Shown here: in pieces, positions 8,553-17,239 of the stretch
Position numbering within the stretch: the first letter of the stretch is position 1
Layout: the number at the start of each line of letters is the position of its first letter
DNA from: Pseudomonadota bacterium
GTDB lineage: Bacteria > Bdellovibrionota_B > Oligoflexia > Silvanigrellales > Silvanigrellaceae
Direction: 5' to 3'
Length of the DNA: 64,000 nt
Assembly: GCA_039799905.1 (NCBI GenBank)
Contig: JBDLRP010000042.1
Span: 46,728 to 110,727 of the forward strand
The notes under the pieces: model-generated
What the model was told of the DNA's origin: nothing
Databases searched by the model: none
Seen by the model: only the letters and a program-made list of their open reading frames with translations
Translations under genes and position numbers: made by a program

Positions 8553-11324
8553 ATGTCGGGAATACAGTCGGAAAAGTTCAACCGCGACCTCGCCTACGTC
8601 ATGCAGGCACTGAAAGACGTTTTGCGCGAGTTGGGTCATCTGGAGCTGCTACCGTTCATTCCCTTCGTTGAGCGAAGTGAGGAAGAGATCGCAACGGCAC
8701 ACAACACCGTTCCTGCGCACGCGACACAGCTTGTTCAGCTTCTGTCGTTGTCCTTTCAACTTTTGAACATGGTCGAAGAAAACGTCAACGTTCAACGGCG
8801 GCGTTCTGCCCAGAGCGAGTCAAGCCTCGAAAGCGAATCCGGACTCTGGCCACAAACTTTGCGTGATCTTCGCACTCAGGGTTTCTCAGAAGAGTCTGTC
8901 CGTCAGGCAATCAAAAAACTGCACGTTGAACCCGTGCTAACGGCACACCCCACGGAAGCGAAACGCTCGACCATCCTCCAGCACCACCGCGATTTTTATC
9001 TTCTGCTCGTCAGACGAGAGAATCAGATGTGGACTTCAATTGAGCAAACCTGGCATTACGATGAAATGAAGGAGTTGCTTGAAAGACTCTGGCGGACTGG
9101 GTCGATTTTTCTGGAACGTCCAGATGTCGGATCAGAAATCCGCAACGTGATGCACTACCTGAAAAACGTATTTCCGCAGCTTCTGCCGTGGCTCGACAAA
9201 CGCTTCAAGGCTGCATGGCAGGAAGTGGGTTTTACGAAGCAGCCGAATTTTCTTGCCGGCGAATATCCGAAGTTCCGACTGGGCAGCTGGGTGGGCGGCG
9301 ACCGCGATGGACACCCTCTGGTGACAGCATACATAACACGAAGCGCACTTGAAGAACTCAGGCTCAATGCTCTTATTGTTCTCAGACACAAGCTTATCGA
9401 GCTGGCAAAAAAACTCAGCATCTCGGATCTTGCGCAAGGCATGCCGCAGCAACTTGCCGAGCGACTCTCCGAATGCCAAAAAGACTATCCCGAATTGCAT
9501 GCACGCGCCGTCTCGCGCAATCCACATGAGTCGCTGCGCAATCTTGTGCACATCATGATCGACCGGCTGCCCATCGAGGTGGTGCGTGACCATGCCACAC
9601 ACCTGACCGAAAGGCCGCACAGTTACCGTCACCCGGATGAGGTTCTCAATGACCTCCGAATCCTTGCAGCTGCACTCAATGAGATCGGTGCGCAGCGACT
9701 GATGAATGCCGATCTGCATGAAGTCGTCCGCCTGCTGGAAACCTACGGTTTTCACAGCGCGCGTCTCGATATCCGGCAGAACAGCCGCTTTCACGAGGCT
9801 GCGATGCAGCAGCTGCTGGTTCTTGCAGGTGTTCCGAATGCTGAAAATTATCAAAATTGGACCAACAATGAGAAGAGCGAATTCCTCATGCAGGAGTTGC
9901 GCAACACGCGGCCATTCACAACGCGCACTCAGACATTTGAGAAGCAAACGCACGACGTGATGGAATGCCTGAAAGTGATCCTCGAACATAGGCAACGTTA
10001 CGGAGGCTCTGGCTTGGGTGCATATATCGTGAGCATGACCCATTCCGCGCTCGACCTGTTGACGATCTATCTTCTGGCCCGTGAGGTCGGACTCACTGAA
10101 GTTCGCAATCAACAGCTGATTTGCCCGATTGCGGTTGTTCCGCTTTTCGAAACTATTGAAGATCTTCAATCCAGTGTCGAAATTCTAGATACCTTTCTCG
10201 CTCATCCTGTCACCCGTGCAAGCCTCGAGTTTCAAAAACAGGAGGAGGGTTTGCAACGCCCGCGGCAGCAAATCATGCTCGGTTACAGCGACAGCTGCAA
10301 AGACGGAGGAATTCTCGCAAGCCAGTGGCAGCTGTATCTGGCACAGGCCGAGCTCACACGGATTGGAGAAAAACATGGAGTGGATCTGTTCTTTTTTCAT
10401 GGTCGTGGTGGAACAGTCAGCCGCGGTGCGGGGCCGATTCACCGCTTCATGCAATCACTACCACCCAAAGCGTTGCACTCAGCATTCCGCATGACTGAAC
10501 AGGGCGAAACAATCGCGCGTAAATACGCGAATCAGGCGACCGCCGTCTACAACCTTGAAGTGCTGCTCGCAAGCGCCAGCGCTGAGAGCCTGCAAAGTCA
10601 ACAAAAAAAGCCTCAGGAACGCTGGGCCGACGAGGTCATGAACAAACTCTCGACCGTCAGTCTTACAGCTTATCGCTCACTCATCACACGTGATGATTTC
10701 ATGACCTTTTTTCGTCAGGCCACTCCCATCGACGTGCTTGAACATTTGCGAATCGGAAGTCGTCCGTCCAAGCGGACAGGTCAGGCAACTCTAGAAGATT
10801 TACGCGCAATTCCCTGGGTCTTCAGCTGGAACCAATCAAGATTTTATTTACCGAGCTGGTATGGAGTCGGAACTGCGCTTTGCGAACTTGAGACCAGTGA
10901 TCCAAATCATTTTTCAATGTTGTGTAAACACCTCACAGAACTACCGTTACTCAATTACGTGCTCCACAACGTCGAGACAACCGTGGCCTCGGCCAGCGAA
11001 GACATAATGCTCGCTTATGCAGAGCTTATTGAACAGGCGGACATCAGGAATGCGTATATGGAAGTAATTCTCGCCGAATTCCGGCGCACACGACAGATGC
11101 TTGTCAGAGTCTTCGGATCATCTATCGAGCAACGCCGTCCGACAGTAGTCAAGACGATTTCACTGCGGGAACCAAGCCTGCGACTGCTGCACGGACTGCA
11201 AATCTTCCAACTGAAAGAATGGCGCAAGAGTGACCCAAAAAATGTTGAAAAACGCGAGCAATTGTTGGCAAAGATCTTCGCAACCATCAATGCAATCGCG
11301 GGCGGCCTGCGCAACACGGGATGA
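8553..11324 (+). CDS. ppc: Phosphoenolpyruvate carboxylase
   Basis: VLTAHPTE, GSWVGGDRDG, QIMLGYSDS.KDGG, FHGRGG, LRAIPWVFSWNQ, C-terminal RNTG; ATG at 8553 after GGAGG. Confidence 0.97.
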   Translation: MSGIQSEKFNRDLAYVMQALKDVLRELGHLELLPFIPFVERSEEEIATAHNTVPAHATQLVQLLSLSFQLLNMVEENVNVQRRRSAQSESSLESESGLWPQTLRDLRTQGFSEESVRQAIKKLHVEPVLTAHPTEAKRSTILQHHRDFYLLLVRRENQMWTSIEQTWHYDEMKELLERLWRTGSIFLERPDVGSEIRNVMHYLKNVFPQLLPWLDKRFKAAWQEVGFTKQPNFLAGEYPKFRLGSWVGGDRDGHPLVTAYITRSALEELRLNALIVLRHKLIELAKKLSISDLAQGMPQQLAERLSECQKDYPELHARAVSRNPHESLRNLVHIMIDRLPIEVVRDHATHLTERPHSYRHPDEVLNDLRILAAALNEIGAQRLMNADLHEVVRLLETYGFHSARLDIRQNSRFHEAAMQQLLVLAGVPNAENYQNWTNNEKSEFLMQELRNTRPFTTRTQTFEKQTHDVMECLKVILEHRQRYGGSGLGAYIVSMTHSALDLLTIYLLAREVGLTEVRNQQLICPIAVVPLFETIEDLQSSVEILDTFLAHPVTRASLEFQKQEEGLQRPRQQIMLGYSDSCKDGGILASQWQLYLAQAELTRIGEKHGVDLFFFHGRGGTVSRGAGPIHRFMQSLPPKALHSAFRMTEQGETIARKYANQATAVYNLEVLLASASAESLQSQQKKPQERWADEVMNKLSTVSLTAYRSLITRDDFMTFFRQATPIDVLEHLRIGSRPSKRTGQATLEDLRAIPWVFSWNQSRFYLPSWYGVGTALCELETSDPNHFSMLCKHLTELPLLNYVLHNVETTVASASEDIMLAYAELIEQADIRNAYMEVILAEFRRTRQMLVRVFGSSIEQRRPTVVKTISLREPSLRLLHGLQIFQLKEWRKSDPKNVEKREQLLAKIFATINAIAGGLRNTG

Positions 11325-11328
11325 TGGT

Positions 11329-11347
11329 CTGACAAACAGCCATTCAG
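11329..11347 (+). repeat. 19-bp direct repeat, copy 2 (4 bp after ppc stop)
   Basis: CTGACAAACAGCCATTCAG, identical to 8367-8385. Confidence 0.9.
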
Positions 11348-11359
11348 CAGATGCAACAC

Positions 11360-12202
11360 TCACTCAATATAGACACCAAACTCATAGGCACTTTCATTTC
11401 CTGCCTTGTCGCGAACCTTAAGCGAACCGGGTGCAAGGGTTGTCCGTAATTTGAAAGATTTTTTATTTGACTGCTGCCACGTTGCGCCGGAATCAAACGA
11501 GTAGGCGAGCTCATGCAAACCTACTCCACTGTCGCTTGCATTGATGATGACAACCTCCGTCTGCAAACTTTCATCTACCTTTGAAATTCCCTGTATCAAT
11601 GGAGGTGTTACATCAGTCTGCGCAACAGGGTCACTCTTGAGAATATTGTCGGCGAATGGCGATACCTGCTGATCGACGACCGAAATTCCCAACAAATTTC
11701 CAACTGCCGGAACTGCCAAGCGCACAACAAATCGGGCTTGAAGTATTTCGTTAGCCTTCACCACCGCCGGCTCCAGCATCCGCTGTTCATCGACCGTCAA
11801 AATGCGCTCTGCGACAAGTTCACCGCTCTGCCGCACGACAGAAAGACTCGAGACTTTGAAAACATCAACAACCGGCAGCTGATAAAAACTCCACACACCC
11901 AAGACAGTTGCAAAGACACTTCCCGATTCGGTGATCCTCAATTGCGCACCGTCGAGCGGAATGTTGGCAGGATTGTCGAGGCTTGCAACAAGATAGCTGC
12001 CGAGGACGGGGACGGGCTGGAGAGGAATTCCAGTCGGCTCAGCGGGCTTGCCGCCTACATCGGAAGTGCTAGTCGAACCGCTGTTTGGAGTTGTTTTCTT
12101 TTGCTCTGGCGCGCCTGTCGGCAAATTCACAAACTTATCGTCCCCGGAAGAACCGCAACCAGTCAGAATCACAGCTGATAACAACAGGGAATGAAGCAGC
12201 AT
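11360..12202 (-). CDS. Hypothetical lipoprotein with C-terminal Ig-like module
   Basis: Lipobox LTGC; GGAGG RBS; D.TPP...ASDSG.GL...YSFD.G.TWQ...VRDKAGN Ig-like signature. Confidence 0.75.
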   Translation of the reverse strand: MLLHSLLLSAVILTGCGSSGDDKFVNLPTGAPEQKKTTPNSGSTSTSDVGGKPAEPTGIPLQPVPVLGSYLVASLDNPANIPLDGAQLRITESGSVFATVLGVWSFYQLPVVDVFKVSSLSVVRQSGELVAERILTVDEQRMLEPAVVKANEILQARFVVRLAVPAVGNLLGISVVDQQVSPFADNILKSDPVAQTDVTPPLIQGISKVDESLQTEVVIINASDSGVGLHELAYSFDSGATWQQSNKKSFKLRTTLAPGSLKVRDKAGNESAYEFGVYIE

Positions 12203-12230
12203 AGAACCTCCGACACATTCGCCTGTTTAT

Positions 12231-12258
12231 TCTTCGGAGGAAAAAAGACATTTCTTAA
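12231..12258 (-). promoter_or_regulatory. Putative sigma28 (FliA)-type promoter
   Basis: TTAAG-N15-TCCGAAGA, 28 bp upstream of ATG 12202. Confidence 0.5.
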
Positions 12259-12402
12259 ACGTAATCAGAGCAAGTCATAAAAAATTAATAGTTTCAATGA
12301 ATTAAATTTTTAATAAATTGTTTTCAGAGTTTCAATCAGAACCCCGAGACTCTCACAAGAGCGGGTAAAACTGCGGGTGCACCTCAAAACACGGGAAAAC
12401 AC

Positions 12403-13992
12403 TCAGTTCTTCCGAGTACCTTCAGTAATGGCAAGACCAGACATTGCCGGCAGGGTGGTCTCAACGAAGCCGCCCCTAACCTCGACCAACTGGCCTTTAC
12501 AGCCAAACATGCTTGGCGAAGTACGCCGGCGAGCGGAGACCATGTCACAATATGTGCCATCAGCCATTGAAGTCGGCACACGAATCGACACCGGTTTGGG
12601 TTCAATGTTCAGAGCGAACCAGCCCTTCGTTTCGCGAGAGAATGCAATTTGTCCGCCCTGCTGTGAGTTCCACCAGTCAGAAACTCCGGCTGCTCCCACT
12701 TCATTTCTGAACTTCACGAGAGCCAAGACATCTGATTCACGGTGCTCGCACAACCAACCACTTTTACCGCAGCGCGTTGTTCCGTCTTCAGCCCACACTG
12801 GCAACGTGTCGCCGCTCGAAGTGACAGGCGGGCCTTCATAGTCATACTGAAACTGATAGCCGCTCATGAGAGCAACCGTTCCGTAGTTGAACGCGAGAAG
12901 GAACATATTCGCAAGCGTATGCAGCGAACCGTCGCGGTAGGTCAGCACCCATCCGCCGCCACCATGGCCACGCTGGTTGTCGTGGTTGTCTGTGAACACA
13001 ATAGCTTTCTCGGGCGGCAGAAAACCCCAGCCCTCGCCCATTGAAGAAAGCGGCGAGAGGTTGCCACGCCGAAAGAGATTTCCGAGAGTCAGGCCGACGC
13101 GGAATTCCGTAACCGAACCGTTGTCAATGTATTCACGTGACGAAATTGGCTCGCCACCCTGGTCGATCACTTCCTGAAAAATGAACGAGGACTTGCTTAA
13201 CTTCGAGACAATCGCGCCAATGTCGGAAGCGGCCATGTGCTTGGCAGCGTCAATTCGAAAACCACGCACACCAATGCGAATTTGCTCGTTGAGAAAATCA
13301 GCTATCGTGCGGCGCACAGGCTCGGCGCCCGTGTTGAGGTCAGCCAGTCCGAGAAGCTCGCAGTTCTGAACTTCCCAACGGTCTTGGTAGTTGCGGATGA
13401 CGTTGTCGGAGTGACGGCCACAATGATGGAAGTCAGCAAATGAGAAGAGACCGGGGTAGCTGTAACGCTGGTATTGAGAACCTGCGGAACCAGCTTCAGA
13501 TTGGTTGTAGGGAAGAGTCTGCGCCATGTGGTTGATGACAGCATCTGAAATGACAATAACACCAGCTGCGTTGCAGCGACGCACCATATTCTCGAATTCA
13601 GCGCGCGTGCCGCTGCGGCTTTCGAGTTTGTAGCTGACCGGCTGATACCTCTGAAACCAAGGGCCGTTCGGCATCAGTCGGTGCTCTTGCGGCGGAGATA
13701 TCTGCACAGCATCAATACCTGCCGGACCGAGCACGGATTCGCACTCGCGAGCCACGTCTTTCCACGTCCACTCAAACAGGTGAACGTAGGAGGAAACTTC
13801 AGGAATGGAGCGGATTCTTGTGAAGGAGGAGCGTTCGGTGGAGCGTTCGGTGGAGCGTTCGGTGGAGCGTTCGGTAGCGCGGGTTTGCGAGAGGCTGGAA
13901 TCTGAATTTGATGCGGGACCACAACTTAGAAGCCACCAAGAACAGGCAGCAGCAAAGGCAATCGCTCGAATTGACCAACATCTGCTCGTCAA
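12403..13992 (-). CDS. Alpha-amylase (GH13, animal/actinobacterial-like subgroup), probable lipoprotein
   Basis: HLFEW, VQISPPQE, RYQPVSY, DAVINH, GFRIDAAKH, FQEVID, DNHDNQRGHGGG, QIAFSR, GTYCD; lipobox LLSC; TTG start after GGGGAAG. Confidence 0.93.
   Translation of the reverse strand: MTSRCWSIRAIAFAAACSWWLLSCGPASNSDSSLSQTRATERSTERSTERSTERSSFTRIRSIPEVSSYVHLFEWTWKDVARECESVLGPAGIDAVQISPPQEHRLMPNGPWFQRYQPVSYKLESRSGTRAEFENMVRRCNAAGVIVISDAVINHMAQTLPYNQSEAGSAGSQYQRYSYPGLFSFADFHHCGRHSDNVIRNYQDRWEVQNCELLGLADLNTGAEPVRRTIADFLNEQIRIGVRGFRIDAAKHMAASDIGAIVSKLSKSSFIFQEVIDQGGEPISSREYIDNGSVTEFRVGLTLGNLFRRGNLSPLSSMGEGWGFLPPEKAIVFTDNHDNQRGHGGGGWVLTYRDGSLHTLANMFLLAFNYGTVALMSGYQFQYDYEGPPVTSSGDTLPVWAEDGTTRCGKSGWLCEHRESDVLALVKFRNEVGAAGVSDWWNSQQGGQIAFSRETKGWFALNIEPKPVSIRVPTSMADGTYCDMVSARRRTSPSMFGCKGQLVEVRGGFVETTLPAMSGLAITEGTRKN
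13828..13875. repeat. 12-bp tandem repeat x4 encoding the (TERS)4 linker of the amylase
   Basis: GGAGCGTTCGGT repeated four times perfectly. Confidence 0.95.
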
Positions 13993-14137
13993 AGTCTTCC
14001 CCTCGCTAAGTTTACTAACAATTCCCTATTGTTAGCGGTAATTCCACAAGTGTGAAGACGACACTAGATCAGTTTTGGACTGTCGGCCAGACTTAGATGA
14101 TCAGAATTCACATAAAATTTATAAATAGCTGAAATGA

Positions 14138-15142
14138 TTAAGCATGATAGTGATCTAAAAAGCTTAAAAATGAGGCGGGAAATTGTATTTTCGCAATACC
14201 GTCGGTTGAGTCGAATTCCCAGTCGAATCGTTCCTTTGCGTTCCAAGTCCGCTGCCGACGAACGTATTGCCATGTGAGAGTCGCAATTCTTGCTTTCAGC
14301 TCGCTGATCTGAGGCGCATCAGGCGCTTCGTTTTCAGCGAGAGCAGCAATGATTTCCCGATATCCGATGGCTTTTCCTGCCTGACTCAATGCGAATTCAG
14401 CACCAAATTGCTGCTGGAGATTTTTGACCTCGGACAGCCAGCCGGAGGCAAACATCGCGTCGATACGCGAAGCAATTCTGCGGCGAAGGACATCGTCGTC
14501 GCAGTCGACTCTGATAACGTAACTTGAACCGAGCAACTCCTGTTTGGCCAACGTTTGCGTTGACTGGAAGACAGACTCGGGAGCCACGCCCTCAGGCAGC
14601 TGAAAGACGATCTCCAAGGCGCGCTCGATGCGTGTTTTATCGTTAGGATGCAGCTGAGCTGCGCGCAGGGGTGCAAGAGTCTTCAACCAGCCATGGAGAG
14701 CCGGCCACCCCCAAGCCTGCGCCGAGGCTCGAAACATCTGTCGCAATGCATCATTGCGCTCCGGTAGCGGATCAAGACCGTGCAACACGGAACGCAAATA
14801 CAAACCACTGCCCCCCACGCAGACCGGCAAGCGTCCGTTGTCGCTTATCTCGCGGCAGGCACCCCACACAAACTCTGCGTACCGCGCCGCATCCATGCTA
14901 CCCAAGGGCTCAAGAATATCGATTCCGCGATACCCATAGCTGCTGATTTCTTGCGAGGTCGGCTTGGCAACCCCGATGCTGACGCTGCGATAGAACTGAA
15001 AGGCATCAATATTGACGAGCTGACACGGTTTTTTAAGTTCGCTCTGCAGTTGCTCAAAAAGCTGGTGAGCCAACGCTGTTTTTCCACTCGCGGTCGGTCC
15101 GATGACAAACACTGCCTGCGCGAACTTCTGTTCCACTCCCAT
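14138..15142 (-). CDS. miaA: tRNA dimethylallyltransferase
   Basis: GPTASGKT, D.FQ.Y...IG.AKP, VGGSGLY, HPND..RI.RALE, AIGYRE, T.QY.RRQ.TW; start re-assigned to ATG 15142, 13 bp after the mutL stop. Confidence 0.95.
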   Translation of the reverse strand: MGVEQKFAQAVFVIGPTASGKTALAHQLFEQLQSELKKPCQLVNIDAFQFYRSVSIGVAKPTSQEISSYGYRGIDILEPLGSMDAARYAEFVWGACREISDNGRLPVCVGGSGLYLRSVLHGLDPLPERNDALRQMFRASAQAWGWPALHGWLKTLAPLRAAQLHPNDKTRIERALEIVFQLPEGVAPESVFQSTQTLAKQELLGSSYVIRVDCDDDVLRRRIASRIDAMFASGWLSEVKNLQQQFGAEFALSQAGKAIGYREIIAALAENEAPDAPQISELKARIATLTWQYVRRQRTWNAKERFDWEFDSTDGIAKIQFPASFLSFLDHYHA

Positions 15143-15155
15143 GCTCCGCACCTTT

Positions 15156-17153
15156 TTAAATGCGTGAAAACCACTGTGCGACATCGTGCGCAGTCCACCG
15201 TCGCCAGACAGGACGCCCATGCGGACAATGCGCAAAAAAATCGACATCAACGCCACGCAGAAGTAGACGCCTGACCAGCTCGGCATTGAGCGGGTCACCA
15301 CTGCGCACCGCCGTATGGCATGCCACAGTTGCCAAGTGCAGGTGGAAAATTTCGCGACGGGTCAGATTCGCTGGTCGTAAGCCTGCGTCCAACCACTCCT
15401 GTCCTAGCCGATGTGCGCGGCGGATAAGAGGATGAGCGTCGACAGACTGAAAGCCGCGCACAGCCAGTAGCCGTGCCAAAATATCGTCAAACAGCTCTGT
15501 CGCCTTTGCGGCATCGACCTGAGTGGGCAACGAGTGGAGTGCAACACTGCGCCCCGAAGGCAACACCTCAATCTCGAAACCCAGCTGCTCGAGTGTCTTT
15601 TCCTCATCCTGCAGAATTTCAGAAAGAGCCTGAGGGATGGGAAGGGTCAGGGGCGCGAGCAAGGACTGCCGCGCAAGACCATGCTCGCCTTCGATTTGCA
15701 CGGCAAGCTCTTCAAACAAAATTCGCTCATGAAAGGCGTGCTGATCGACAACCAGTAAATCCTCGCCGGCCTGAAAAAGTAAAAAACAATTCTTGTACTG
15801 GCCAAGATACGACGCATCAAAGAGTGGGCTGTCATGCGGAGGGCGATTTTCAGACTCGCCGACCTGACGGGGAGCTGCTACCGATGACTGCGCAGATAGC
15901 ATTGGCTCATCGACAAAAATCGGCGTGGAGCGGACGTTATTTTCGGGGCGCGGCAGAGATGAAAAATGACTGCCACCGCGCTGCGAGACAGGTGCTCCGG
16001 CAGGATTGTGTGCAGATACGGATGGCTGAAATGTGCTTGTCATTTTGGCCGGCGAAAAAAGCTCAGGTGCCTTTTGCTCCGCACCAGACCATTCGCCGCG
16101 CCGCGCATCTGCCGAGACCCTGACAATTGTTTCCGCGGTCGGCAAGGTGCTCAACATCGCGTTTTGAGTGCTCTGACGAAGATCGGATTGCAGAGCAATG
16201 GTCACAAGATCCTGAACCAAAGCGGAGTCAGTAAAGCGAATTTCGGTTTTGTTGGGATGAGCATTGACGTCAAGAATCTGCGGATCAACGCTGACAAACA
16301 AAACACACGCAGGCACAAGGCCCTTCATAGAAAGGCCCGTGTATCCCGACAACACTCCGTTGCGCACAATGCGATCCTTGACCAACCGGCCGTTCACAAA
16401 AGTTATAAAGTAACGCGGTACGGGACGCGCCAAATCTGGCTTCTGGACGAATCCCTCCAGCGAGAAGGAGCCCTTCCGATAGGTGAGCGGGATAAATTCA
16501 TCGGCTTCGCCCGCAAGTAAAGAACGAAAGCGTTCGGCAAGCGATTGCGCAGGTGCAACTTTGAAAACTTCGCGGCCATTATGGGTCAGACGAAGACCAA
16601 CCTTGTGGTAGGCAAGTGCCATCGCCTGAACCAATTCCTGGATATGGGCAAACTCCGTGGCTGTTGAGCGTAGAAATTTGCGTCGCGCAGGTATCGTTCC
16701 AAACAGATCACGCACGATAATTTCAGTGCCGGCAGACATTCCGCATGGCTGTGCCCCACTCTGAATGCCATGCCGCACGTGAATTTCGGTTCCCACCGAA
16801 TCGTCGCGCCGCCGGCTTCGCAAACAGAATTCAGAAACGGCGGCAATGCTCGGCAAAGCCTCACCGCGAAAACCAAATGTAGAAAGATCAAGCAAGTCGT
16901 CTGCGCGAGAAATTTTCGAGGTCGCGTGCCGCTCCAGCGCCATGACTGCGTCTTCTGGGCTCATGCCGCAGCCATCGTCTGAGATTCGAATCAACTGACG
17001 ACCGCCGTCGATGAGCTCGATCTCGACCTCCTGCGCCTGAGCGTCCAGTGCATTTTCGAGCAATTCTTTCACGACACTGACAGGCCTTTCGACGACTTCG
17101 CCAGCTTTGATTTGATTGATCACATGTTCGGGCAGCTTGTGCACCACTCTCAT
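15156..17153 (-). CDS. mutL: DNA mismatch repair endonuclease MutL
   Basis: NQIKAGEVVERP.SVVKEL.ENALDA, DDGCGM, RHATSKI, GFRGEAL; C-terminal endonuclease motifs DQHAFHERILFE, ACH and CPHGRP. Confidence 0.97.
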   Translation of the reverse strand: MRVVHKLPEHVINQIKAGEVVERPVSVVKELLENALDAQAQEVEIELIDGGRQLIRISDDGCGMSPEDAVMALERHATSKISRADDLLDLSTFGFRGEALPSIAAVSEFCLRSRRRDDSVGTEIHVRHGIQSGAQPCGMSAGTEIIVRDLFGTIPARRKFLRSTATEFAHIQELVQAMALAYHKVGLRLTHNGREVFKVAPAQSLAERFRSLLAGEADEFIPLTYRKGSFSLEGFVQKPDLARPVPRYFITFVNGRLVKDRIVRNGVLSGYTGLSMKGLVPACVLFVSVDPQILDVNAHPNKTEIRFTDSALVQDLVTIALQSDLRQSTQNAMLSTLPTAETIVRVSADARRGEWSGAEQKAPELFSPAKMTSTFQPSVSAHNPAGAPVSQRGGSHFSSLPRPENNVRSTPIFVDEPMLSAQSSVAAPRQVGESENRPPHDSPLFDASYLGQYKNCFLLFQAGEDLLVVDQHAFHERILFEELAVQIEGEHGLARQSLLAPLTLPIPQALSEILQDEEKTLEQLGFEIEVLPSGRSVALHSLPTQVDAAKATELFDDILARLLAVRGFQSVDAHPLIRRAHRLGQEWLDAGLRPANLTRREIFHLHLATVACHTAVRSGDPLNAELVRRLLLRGVDVDFFAHCPHGRPVWRRWTAHDVAQWFSRI

Positions 17154-17239
17154 GACACTACCTCACCTTGCGGGACGCTCAGGCTTTGATAGCCTGTCGG
17201 AACAGGAAACTGAAGTACCCATGGAAGGAGTTCTCAGAT

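Noticed and set aside
12240..12335. AT-rich patch as a mobile-element end or origin
   Set aside because: Short, with no repeats or DnaA-box cluster seen; consistent with promoter-upstream DNA
13828..13875. Tandem repeats (also 62853-62906) as CRISPR or phase-variation tracts
   Set aside because: No spacers or cas genes; units are multiples of 3 and encode linkers
15143..15301. N-terminal extension of MiaA overlapping mutL
   Set aside because: ATG at 15142 just precedes the P-loop and follows the mutL stop; the extension is unnecessary
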